A DNA stretch of 12,104 nt from Candidatus Hadarchaeota archaeon (GCA_964452145.1 CAYVLA010000098.1:1-12104), one strand, 5' to 3'; shown: positions 1 to 7,972, numbered from the stretch's first letter. Made by a program: numbers and translations. Notes: generated by a model from the letters alone, not told the origin.

Positions 1-502
1 TGATGATGGCTGGATCAGCGCTGGACACGGCTCGTCCCGTCCCTATGAGCTCTGGATTCTCGATCAGTATCAGGTCGGGGCTCAAGCTCGCAATCCTGCG
101 GCTGAGTTGAGAGCTGTCCGAGCAGACGCAAGACAGGAGCCCCACCTCCCTTGCCCGCTTGACGCACATCCGAATCTGGGGGAGCTCCAGCTTTTTTTCC
201 GAATGGTTGATGAAGGTTCCCACGGCCCCGGCTTCCGCAACCGCCTCGGCTAGAACGTGCCCAGTATGGCTCCCGGGCTCAACCGGATCTATGTGCTGGG
301 CGAAGATCGGCAGGTCGACCTGGCGAGCGATTGTTGGAATGTCTGTGAACTGGGGAACCAGAACGATGCTGATCCCGGTCCGTTGTGCGACCTTCCTGGC
401 CATCGTGGAGAGCCTGATCGCCGTTTTCCCGGTTGCCTCCAGGTAGGTCTTGTAACCGACTATAAGAAAAGGCAGACGTATCTCCCTCTCCGGTCCCTTC
501 AT
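1..502 (-). CDS. tpiA: Archaeal-type triosephosphate isomerase family protein, 3'-partial (runs off window edge; absent from ORF track)
   Basis: Manual translation from ATG at 502: MKGPEREIRLPFLIVGYKTYLEATG...PIFAQHIDPVEPGSHTGHVLAEAVAEAGAVGTFINHSEKKL...LILIENPELIGTGRAVSSADPAII. Matches archaeal TIM motifs (KTY.EATG, AQHID...GSHTG, NHSE, E..ELIGTG); catalytic K18, H100, E148 present. Strong SD GAGGAGGT 6 nt upstream. Confidence 0.93.
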   Translation of the reverse strand, partial: MKGPEREIRLPFLIVGYKTYLEATGKTAIRLSTMARKVAQRTGISIVLVPQFTDIPTIARQVDLPIFAQHIDPVEPGSHTGHVLAEAVAEAGAVGTFINHSEKKLELPQIRMCVKRAREVGLLSCVCSDSSQLSRRIASLSPDLILIENPELIGTGRAVSSADPAII

Positions 503-508
503 GAATGA

Positions 509-516
509 ACCTCCTC
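509..516 (-). promoter_or_regulatory. Shine-Dalgarno site of tpiA-like gene
   Basis: Reverse complement reads GAGGAGGT-tcattc-ATG(502). Confidence 0.8.
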
Positions 517-645
517 AGCCGATTTCCAGAACGATCCTTTTCTCTCTTTGCCTGTCGGAATGCAGGCTGCCGATCGATCTGAGCATTACCCGTTGCCCTG
601 ACGATGCTGGGGCTGTGCCGACCATGTGCCATCGGCCAGCATCAC

Positions 646-652
646 TTTTATT
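646..652 (+). promoter_or_regulatory. Possible TATA box for the MFS gene
   Basis: TTTTATT, an AT-rich spot in a GC-rich divergent intergenic region, ~32 nt before the proposed TTG start at 684. Confidence 0.4.
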
Positions 653-683
653 CCACCCATCCCGGGTGTGGCGGAGATCGTCC

Positions 684-1877
684 TTGGGCACCGCTTTGAG
701 CTCCGAGAACCGCAAGCTCTTCGCCGCACTGTTGCTGAACTTCATCCTCTTCGGGGTGAGCCTGACCATCATCGGAGCCACGGTGCCGAAGGTGATCCGG
801 GAGTTCGGCTGGAGCTACCTTGCCACGGGGATGGTACTCGCAGCCTCCGCGGTCGGTTACTTCGTTTCCTCCTTCTTTTCCGGGCTTCTCGTCTTCAGGT
901 TCGGGCCAAGGATCGTGATACTGCTGGGCCTGGGGTTGCAGGCGGTTGGGCTCGGGTCTTTCGGGGCCGTCCCAGGCGTTCTGGCCAACCTGTGTGCGAC
1001 GCTCCTCCTGGGCCTCGGGCAGGGCGGAACCGAGGTTGTCACCAACTTCTCGGTGGCCAGGATGGAGGCTGAGGGCCAGAGCAGGTTGATGAACCTCATG
1101 CATGCAGCCTTTCCCATGGGTGCGATACTGGGTCCCATCCTGATCGGAGTCCTCATCTCGGTCGGGCAGAGCTGGCAGGCCGTTTTTCGGGCGATGGCGC
1201 TCCTCAGCCTCGGGGTCGCCGGGCTCCTTTCGCTGCTTCCCTTCAGATTCTCGGACGAACGGGATGAGGGGATCTCGGAGAAGGCCGAGCTCTCCCGGTT
1301 GCTGCGAGACCCACTATTGATGTTCCTCTTCCTGACGATCTTCCTCTACGTGGGATGTGAGATTGGCATATCGTCGTGGGTTTCCGAGTACTACGTAGAG
1401 GTTTTCAAGACCCCGGCTGCGGTGGGTGCGTACATGGTCTCCGTATTCTGGGCCGGGGTCCTCGTGGGCAGGCTCTCCGTTTCCCTTGGCTACCGGGGCC
1501 ATAGACAGGCTGAGGTGCTGGTCGCTCTCTCATGTCTGGCGGCCCTAGCCTTGATGATCTCCCTATCCATGAAAGGACCTCTGTCGGCAGGAGTGGGTTT
1601 CCTTCTCTGTGGGCTGGGATGTTCGGCCATATATCCGATCGACATGTCGCTGGTCGGGGCCAATTTCAAGAGGGGGCAAAGCGTAGCCATCGGCATCGTC
1701 TCCACGGGCGGCGGGATCGGGTCGTTTCTATTCCCCTTCGTCATGGCTGCCATAGCCAACAGCTATGGGATCGAGAATGGCTTCTGGTTCTACGTGACTA
1801 CCGCCCTAGGAATGGCAGGCTCGGCGAGCATGGTCACCTGGCTGGTCAGGAGAAAGGGAAAGGGGCCGGATGGATGA
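684..1877 (+). CDS. Major facilitator superfamily transporter (FHS/fucose-glucose permease-like), probable sugar or sugar-acid permease
   Basis: ~12 hydrophobic segments; motifs MNLMHAAFPMGAILGP, FLYVGCEIGISSW, FWAGVLVGRL and SAIYP resemble FHS-like MFS proteins. Start placed at TTG 684 (GGAGA 6 nt upstream); the ORF-track ATG at 501 overlaps the tpiA start and adds a non-MFS leader. Confidence 0.9.
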   Translation: MGTALSSENRKLFAALLLNFILFGVSLTIIGATVPKVIREFGWSYLATGMVLAASAVGYFVSSFFSGLLVFRFGPRIVILLGLGLQAVGLGSFGAVPGVLANLCATLLLGLGQGGTEVVTNFSVARMEAEGQSRLMNLMHAAFPMGAILGPILIGVLISVGQSWQAVFRAMALLSLGVAGLLSLLPFRFSDERDEGISEKAELSRLLRDPLLMFLFLTIFLYVGCEIGISSWVSEYYVEVFKTPAAVGAYMVSVFWAGVLVGRLSVSLGYRGHRQAEVLVALSCLAALALMISLSMKGPLSAGVGFLLCGLGCSAIYPIDMSLVGANFKRGQSVAIGIVSTGGGIGSFLFPFVMAAIANSYGIENGFWFYVTTALGMAGSASMVTWLVRRKGKGPDG

Positions 1878-1982
1878 TGGCTGTCGGCGCATTTCTGGCT
1901 TGCTCTTCACTCTGTTCCGTCGCCTAGGCATTGAATGGATGCCGGAGTCGATCTGGGAAGCGAGCAGGGGACCTTTGTCAGA

Positions 1983-1989
1983 TTTATAA
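1983..1989 (+). promoter_or_regulatory. Archaeal TATA box of LarA-family gene
   Basis: TTTATAA ending ~32 nt upstream of ATG 2022, in otherwise GC-rich context. Confidence 0.7.
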
Positions 1990-2021
1990 CCCCGCAAGCC
2001 CGTCTGCTCAGCAGTGTGAGA

Positions 2022-3308
2022 ATGGAGATCGTCCTTTCCTATGGAAGGCGCACGATTAAGTTGGCCATCCCAAAGGACAATCTGGCCGGGCTCATTAAGC
2101 CCAGGGCTCCCTCAGGACGGGATGTTCGCCCTGGCCTGGAGAAGGCCTTGGATGAGCCTGCGGGAGAGCCCCTTGAGCAATTGGCGAAGGGCCGAAGGGT
2201 CTGCGTTCTGATCGAGGACGACACCCGGGCCGAGCCCCACCGCGACATCATCGAGTCCCTGGCAGGCAGGCTGGGTACCGCGGCAAGGGTGGATTTCATC
2301 CTCGCCACCGGCTCCCATGATCCCGCCACGCCCGGCAACGTCGGAATCCTGGACCTGATGCGGCGGGCCTCTTCGGACAACGGCCTCAAGCTTGGCAGCG
2401 TCCATGCGAATGACTGTTTTTCTCAAAACTTCGCGGATATGGGGAAAACATCAAGAGGCACGCCGGTTGTCGTTGATCCGGTTGCACTCGCCGCCGACCT
2501 CTACGTCGTCGGGGCCGACATGAAGAACCACTACTTCGCCGGCTACTCAAATGCACTGAAGGACTTCCTGCCGGGCATATGCGGCTACGCCACCATCGAG
2601 GCCAACCACGCTTGGGCACTTGATCCAAGATCCACCTTCGGCGTGCATCCCCTGCACCCGGATCATTCCAGGAGGAACAACCCGCTGTCTTCTGATATGC
2701 TGGAGGCCCAGCGCATGATCGCGGGAGGGAAACCAGTCTTCGCCCTGGCCATGGTGACCTCTCACGAGAAACTCCTCTGGTCGGCTGCGGGCGCAATGGA
2801 AGAAGTCACCCGTAGAGGCATAGCCAAGGTCGACGAGCTGACGGCCTTCGAGGTGAGGCAGGCACCCTATGTAATCGTCTCCCCCGGCGGGCATCCTGAG
2901 GACGAAAGCCTCTACGGTGCGCAGAGGGCCTTGGAGTTGACCAAGAACGCGGTTCAGGACGGGGGTGAGGTCCTCTTGCTGGCAGAATGCGTAAACGGGA
3001 TAGCCCCCAACCAGAAAGCCAAGGAGAACTTCTACGACCGCCTGACCAAGCCCTTGAACGAGGTGCTGGGCTCCATCAAAGCCAGATACGAGCTGTACAG
3101 CCACAAGGCATACAAATTCGCCGAGATGATGAGCAGGCTGGATTCCATCGGTATCTACACATCCCTGGAGAGAGATGTGGTGGAGAGAGCCCACTTCCGC
3201 AAGATCGTGGACCCGCAGGCCGTGGTGGACGGATGGCTCGTGCGCAGGCCAGATGCCAAGATCCTGGCCTTCGACGACGCCAACAAGATCGCGGTCTACG
3301 CTGCCTAA
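2022..3308 (+). CDS. LarA-family nickel-pincer-nucleotide-dependent alpha-hydroxy-acid racemase/epimerase homolog
   Basis: N-terminus MEIVLSYG; motifs EDDTR, ATGSH, GKTSRGTPV, HYFAGYSNALKDFLPG, ANH, SPGGHPED.SLY, V.DGGEVLLLAEC..G, HKA correspond to the LarA DxTR, H108, H174, K184 and H200 motifs. Start moved from 1935 to ATG 2022, downstream of the TATA box. Confidence 0.9.
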   Translation: MEIVLSYGRRTIKLAIPKDNLAGLIKPRAPSGRDVRPGLEKALDEPAGEPLEQLAKGRRVCVLIEDDTRAEPHRDIIESLAGRLGTAARVDFILATGSHDPATPGNVGILDLMRRASSDNGLKLGSVHANDCFSQNFADMGKTSRGTPVVVDPVALAADLYVVGADMKNHYFAGYSNALKDFLPGICGYATIEANHAWALDPRSTFGVHPLHPDHSRRNNPLSSDMLEAQRMIAGGKPVFALAMVTSHEKLLWSAAGAMEEVTRRGIAKVDELTAFEVRQAPYVIVSPGGHPEDESLYGAQRALELTKNAVQDGGEVLLLAECVNGIAPNQKAKENFYDRLTKPLNEVLGSIKARYELYSHKAYKFAEMMSRLDSIGIYTSLERDVVERAHFRKIVDPQAVVDGWLVRRPDAKILAFDDANKIAVYAA

Positions 3309-4009
3309 GGCCGGCCCAGTCTTCGGGAACCTGCAACCTCCAAAGCGACATGAGGATGGTTGGTGATTATGGCGTCAACGCCTGACTTGGCCAACCTGAT
3401 CATCGCTTCCCGGTCGTTGACCGTGTAGACGAAGACTTGTAGGCCCATCTCGTGGGCCCGACCCACAAGGGACTCATCGAATGAGGAAAGGGCCGTACCT
3501 ATGGCGGTGCACCAGCTCGAATCGATTCCAGAGAGGTTGTTCTGCGAGACCCCTAGGGCAAGCGTCCGAAGGGATCGCTCGATGCGTCTTGCCCGCCTGA
3601 GGCGGGCATGATCGAAGTCGAAGATGATGGTCTCGTGAAGGCATCCCAACTCTCTTGCCTTGTCCAGAACACGGGCAGGCTCGGCCTGCTTGATCTCGAT
3701 GCACAGGCGGGCCTTACCTCTCACCACGCTCAAGGCCTCTTCCAGCGTCGGCACCCGCTCGCCCGAGAACTGTGGTGCGAACCAAGAGCCCGCATCCAGG
3801 ATGCGTATCCGGGAAAGATCAAGCTCGGAGATGAGGCCTTTCCCGTCCGTGGTCCTGGAGACGTCCTTGTCGTGCATCACGACGATCTCACCATCCCTTG
3901 AGGTGTGAACATCGATTTCGACCATCTTCGAGCCCACTTCGAGCGCCTTACGTATGGAGGAGAGCGTGTTCTCAGGCGCAAGGGCCGAGGCTCCCCGATG
4001 GGCCACCAC
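3305..4009 (-). CDS. Cytoplasmic glycerophosphodiester phosphodiesterase (GDPD, UgpQ/GlpQ-like)
   Basis: AHRGAS..APENT, VEIDVH.SRDG.IVVMHD, RTTDG, ERVPTLEE, IEIK, YTVND, GVDAIITN.P motifs. Stop overlaps the LarA stop (3305-3308, convergent). True start may be CTG 4033. Confidence 0.93.
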   Translation of the reverse strand: MVAHRGASALAPENTLSSIRKALEVGSKMVEIDVHTSRDGEIVVMHDKDVSRTTDGKGLISELDLSRIRILDAGSWFAPQFSGERVPTLEEALSVVRGKARLCIEIKQAEPARVLDKARELGCLHETIIFDFDHARLRRARRIERSLRTLALGVSQNNLSGIDSSWCTAIGTALSSFDESLVGRAHEMGLQVFVYTVNDREAMIRLAKSGVDAIITNHPHVALEVAGSRRLGRP

Positions 4010-4056
4010 CTCCGGTACCTTGTTCCGAGCCAGGGCGTGATCCCCCGCAGACAGAT

Positions 4057-4929
4057 CTATGGCTGGGCCGAAGGGGCCCGTCTACCATACTCGGGATATG
4101 TAATGTAGAGTTCCGGCCTCAGAGAACGGGGCACGAAGTATGAGTTGCGCCGCCTCTCGGCAATCTTGGCCGGATCCAGTTCGGCCACCGCCATGGCCTC
4201 GCCGTTCCCCCTGTCCCTAGTGAAGGCCACCACCTTGCCGTGGGGATCGAAGACGCCGGCCCAGCCCGGAAACTTGATCTTGCTGCCCTCCTGCTTGGTC
4301 TTCCTGCGGCTTCCCGCGTTGTTGGCTACGATACCGTAGGCACCGTTGATGTAGCAGTGGACCCTGTAGGTCAACCCGGTCGGATCCTCCTCGGGGAAGG
4401 TGGCCCTCGGCCCTGTGTTGTAGGCAAAGGGCATGACGAAGATCTCGGCCCCCTTGAAGAACAGCGTCCGGGCCATCTCGCTGAACAGAGAATCGTAGCA
4501 GATCGTAATCCCGATCCGGGCTTTTCCGATGTCGATTGTGTCTATGCTGAATCCACCGCGCCAGTACATGTACTCCACCCCCGGCATGTGGATCTTTCTC
4601 TGCCTGCCAAGGATCCCCTTGCCGCTGACGACAACCTGGGTGTTGTAGACGATATCGGCCTCCTTCTCGAGGATCCCAAAACACAGTATCGCCCCGACGT
4701 CCCCCGCCACGTCGATGAGGCGTTCCACCGACGGTCCCGGAACGGGTTCTGCGACCTTCCAGCAGTCTGTGGAGTGGAAGTATCCGTTGACGCCAAGCTC
4801 CGGGTAGACGATGAACTCAGCTCCCTGGGCGACTGCTTTCTTGGCCCATCTCGCCATGTTCCTTATGCTTCGCTCTTGCTCGCCGATCCAGTTCCGGGTG
4901 GAGACGGCGGCTACCTTGATCCTCTCCAT
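4057..4929 (-). CDS. Carbon-nitrogen hydrolase (nitrilase superfamily)
   Basis: Glu-Lys-Cys triad motifs YPELGVNGY, QRKIHM, GITICYD; YNTQVV; GWAGVFDPHG. Start at ATG 4929 (MERIKVAAV) with AAGGAAGGGA upstream. Probably co-transcribed with GDPD. Confidence 0.92.
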   Translation of the reverse strand: MERIKVAAVSTRNWIGEQERSIRNMARWAKKAVAQGAEFIVYPELGVNGYFHSTDCWKVAEPVPGPSVERLIDVAGDVGAILCFGILEKEADIVYNTQVVVSGKGILGRQRKIHMPGVEYMYWRGGFSIDTIDIGKARIGITICYDSLFSEMARTLFFKGAEIFVMPFAYNTGPRATFPEEDPTGLTYRVHCYINGAYGIVANNAGSRRKTKQEGSKIKFPGWAGVFDPHGKVVAFTRDRGNGEAMAVAELDPAKIAERRRNSYFVPRSLRPELYITYPEYGRRAPSAQP

Positions 4930-4973
4930 GCGGCTATCCCTTCCTTTCTGCTGCCACTCCCTGCAAAGAAGAG

Positions 4974-4980
4974 TATATAT
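4974..4980 (-). promoter_or_regulatory. Probable TATA box for the hydrolase-GDPD operon
   Basis: ATATATA on the minus strand ~45 nt upstream of ATG 4929. Confidence 0.55.
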
Positions 4981-5093
4981 GGTTCTTCGAAGCTCCGGAT
5001 TCGAAATTCGGTCCCCGAATCGCCCAATCCCTGAAGGGAACCCGAACCTGACGGGGAAGCAGTAAAGAGCGCTCAACACAAGCCAGAGACCCG

Positions 5094-6182
5094 ATGGACA
5101 GTCGAAGACGACTGCTGGAATGCCTCCTCTTCGGCAACCCCGACAGGGTCACGCTGACGACGCACTTCGGCCCCCGGCAGTCCACTCTCGAGAGATGGCG
5201 CAGGGAGGGACTCCCCGAGGATGACTCGTATGTGCGAATCCACGGGCTTGAGCACACAGAGGGTCTATCGATCAACCTCGGGCCGCTGCCCGCCTACGAG
5301 GAGAAGGTCATCAGGGAATCCGGCGACCACAAGATCGTCCGGGACGGCATGGGCGCCATCGTGGAGTATGGGAAATCCCCCGCAACCCCCGGCTTTGTGA
5401 CCAGGAAGTGGCACGAGTTCCCGGTGAAGACTAGGGACGACTTCGAGGAGATGAAGTGGCGCTACAATCCGAAGAGTCCGGCTCGCTATCCTGACTTCTG
5501 GGAGGACAGGGCCAGGGGATACAGGAACAGGACCTACCCCGTCCACCTCACCATCCCGTCGCTGTTCTGGAGAATCAGAGACTGGACCGGGCTCAAGAAC
5601 CTTTCCGTGATGTTCTACCGTGACCCCGAGCTGGTTCACGACATGATGGATTTCTGGACCGGATTCGTCATAGCCGCAACCGAGAGGATCCTGACCGACG
5701 TAGAAGTGGACTACATCATCCTGAACGAAGACATGGCCCTCAAGGGGAAGGCGATGATCGGGCCCGACATGATGAGGGACTTCATGCTCCCGGGCTATAG
5801 GAAGTGGGTCAAGCACTTCAGAAGCCACGGAGTGCCTGTGACAATGTGCGACTGTGACGGGTACATACACGAGATCGCCCCGGTGTGGCTGGAGGCCGGC
5901 ATGAACTCCACAACCCCGATAGAGATCATCGCGGGCAACGACATCCTGAGGCTTCGCGACGAGCTGGGCCACGAGATGTCGTTCCTAGGGGGCATAGACA
6001 AGACCAGGATCGCGCGTGGCGCCGCTGTGCTGGAGAAGGAGTTCGAGTCAAAAGTTCCCAAACTCATCGAAGACGGGGGCTACATCCCTTGTTGTGACCA
6101 TGGCATTCCGCCCGACGTGAGTTATCGGAACTACTGCGACTTCATCTCGCTGCTCAAGAAGTACTGCGGATGGGAATCCTAG
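5094..6182 (+). CDS. Uroporphyrinogen decarboxylase/MtaA-CmuA fold protein of unknown function
   Basis: Motifs FPVKT..DF, G.KNL...FY.DPELVH, EDMA.K...MIGP, DCDG, GGIDK and GGYIPCCDHGIPPDVS typical of uncharacterised URO-D-like proteins. Lacks the HemE RQAGRY motif. Confidence 0.85.
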   Translation: MDSRRRLLECLLFGNPDRVTLTTHFGPRQSTLERWRREGLPEDDSYVRIHGLEHTEGLSINLGPLPAYEEKVIRESGDHKIVRDGMGAIVEYGKSPATPGFVTRKWHEFPVKTRDDFEEMKWRYNPKSPARYPDFWEDRARGYRNRTYPVHLTIPSLFWRIRDWTGLKNLSVMFYRDPELVHDMMDFWTGFVIAATERILTDVEVDYIILNEDMALKGKAMIGPDMMRDFMLPGYRKWVKHFRSHGVPVTMCDCDGYIHEIAPVWLEAGMNSTTPIEIIAGNDILRLRDELGHEMSFLGGIDKTRIARGAAVLEKEFESKVPKLIEDGGYIPCCDHGIPPDVSYRNYCDFISLLKKYCGWES

Positions 6183-6418
6183 GCGCTCTGCAGACCGGAC
6201 GGAGCTCGCCCCTTTAGGCATCCCACTGCACGCCCTGAGGAAGGCTCGGGAAGGGCTCTGCACATCCGGATTCCGAGTCAAAGGCCAAAATGGTGGTGTC
6301 TCGTCCAGAGGATTTGACCTGGGGAAGGTTACCTTTTGGCGGTGCGTTCCATCTCGTTCCGACCGTTTCGCCCAACATAGAAGTATCGTTTCAGATAGTT
6401 CACTAGCGAGGTGTGCGA

Positions 6419-6883
6419 TTGAAAGCAAAGCTCGCTGCCTTGGCGGTGATCGTGCTGGCGGTGCTCAGCACCGCGGCCGTCGCCTTTGGAGAGAACGAGG
6501 ATAGGACCGAGATCGAGCAAGCGGCAAGAGGAATCTGGGTGTTCTTCGTCGGGAAGGCCACACCCAGAGGCACTGCTTCCACAGATGACGCCCAGTGTCG
6601 GCCCTTGAGGGTGACCCTGAGAGCCTACGTTGTGGGCGACAGGGCGAAGGGCAAGATGAACATCGCGGGAACCATCTACGATCTGGTGGCCAGTAGGAAC
6701 AGCGGCGGGGTGTGGACCGGCGTTCTGACCCTGGGTGGAGAGGAGGTCGGAAGCCTGAAGGGCAAGTACTTCCACAAGAAGGGCCTCTTCGTCGGGGTCC
6801 TGAAGCTAGACGGCCGCGTGTACAAGCTGGAGCTGAGGAGAGTCCGACTGGCAACCGCCGAGCGGCTTCCGGAGACCGAGTAG
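6419..6883 (+). CDS. Secreted or membrane-anchored hypothetical protein, beta-rich
   Basis: GAGGTG SD 5 nt before TTG 6419 (ORF-track GTG 6413 is the alternative). N-terminus KAKLAALAVIVLAVLSTAAVAFG is a Sec-type signal; followed by an oligo-T tract. Confidence 0.7.
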   Translation: MKAKLAALAVIVLAVLSTAAVAFGENEDRTEIEQAARGIWVFFVGKATPRGTASTDDAQCRPLRVTLRAYVVGDRAKGKMNIAGTIYDLVASRNSGGVWTGVLTLGGEEVGSLKGKYFHKKGLFVGVLKLDGRVYKLELRRVRLATAERLPETE

Positions 6884-6906
6884 AAGAGATCAGCCTCGGA
6901 TCGCTA

Positions 6907-6943
6907 CTCTCTTCCCTTCTTTTTTTCTCTCTTCTCTTTTTCC
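6907..6943 (+). terminator. Archaeal-type oligo-T/polypyrimidine terminator
   Basis: 37-nt pure pyrimidine tract with T7 (6920-6926) and T5 (6937-6941), starting ~24 nt after stop 6883, between convergent genes. Confidence 0.65.
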
Positions 6944-7004
6944 GTCTCCTGTTCACTCTTTGGATTGGGTCTTGCTGCCCGCTGTGGCTGTCCGAAGGAC
7001 GGCG

Positions 7005-7972
7005 TCAGATTTGCAGGCGTCCCATCCTGTGGAGGGCTTTCATCGCGTTGAATGTGACCCATTTGCTGGACGTGCCCCTTCTCTCGAGGCTGACCCCCCC
7101 ATGTTGCCGTAGGTTCGGTCGAGCACCCACTTTCTTTCTGGCGTTCTTCTTGACATCAACAGACGTATCGCCGGGAGGAGCCTGGGGTCGTTGAGATGGC
7201 CACGCTGGAGCACCGCGAGCAGTCCGCGTAGGATGTCGTAGTTGACGAAGTACGGGAAGCCAAGTTGGGTCCACTCATGCCTGATGACAGTCCAGCCATG
7301 GTGGTCGGAGAGATAGAGCCTGTGCATCAAGAGGAACTCGCAAGCCCGTTCCGCCGCCTCCCTGGCGGCGTTCCAGTCGTGGTGGGGGAGCAGGGCGTTG
7401 ATGGCCTCGAGGGCCGTGATGGATCCCATGAAGCAGGAATGCGTATTCCGAGCATGGGCCTTCCATGAGCGACAGAGCCATCCGCCGTCGTTCTCCTGTA
7501 TGGCGATGAGCCAGCACAGTCCTTTGGCCACCCGCTCGTCCCTCGCGTATCCCAACCGGGCCAGCGCGGTGAGGACGTTCCCGTTGAGACAACCGGCAGC
7601 CGAGGCCCATGACTTCTCCATCCCGTCCCCGACGCGATCCGCGAAAGCTCCCGATGGAAGCTGGAAGCGGAAGGCGTACTCACACGCTTTCCTGATCCTC
7701 TCGTCCCTGCGGTCGACACCCAACTGGCCGAGCAGCAGCAGGCGCCATGAGCTTGCCCTATACTTTGGATGATACCAGCTCGGCCCCTCGTCCCATCCGC
7801 CGTCCTCTTTCTGCGATCCAAGCATCCGGGCCACGAGCCGGGATCTCATCACATTCGCCTGGGCCTCTCTCACTTGGTTCTCCCCTTCTTCTCTGCCGAG
7901 AAGCTCGGTCAGAGTCCTGTAGCGAACACATGGATTGGAGGGCTCCAGGAGCCATTCGAGGGTCTTCCGCAT
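7005..7972 (-). CDS. Prenyltransferase/squalene-oxidase (QW) repeat protein, frameshifted near 3' end at a C7 run (7094-7100)
   Basis: ATG 7972 MRKTLEWLLEPSNPCVRY; QW-like repeats QKEDGGW, QLPSGAF, QENDGGW; FPYFVNYDILRGL. The family-typical ending (LERRGTSSKWVTFNAMKAL, stop 7005) lies in a different frame from the body of the gene. No DxDD cyclase motif seen. Confidence 0.8.

Noticed and set aside
501..683. N-terminal extension of the MFS from ATG 501
   Set aside because: Overlaps the tpiA start and SD, covers the divergent promoter region, and has no MFS character.
3305..3308. 4-bp convergent stop overlap of LarA homolog and GDPD
   Set aside because: Common in compact genomes; no further signal.
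2547..5972. Long antisense ORFs (2547-3194, 4240-5034, 5265-5972 and similar)
   Set aside because: Shadow frames of well-supported genes in GC-rich DNA, with no recognisable motifs.
6325..6335. AAGGTTACCTT palindrome sharing the GGTTACC core of the TA operator (core also at ~10353)
   Set aside because: Single short site with different flanks; a few such 7-mers are expected by chance in 12 kb.
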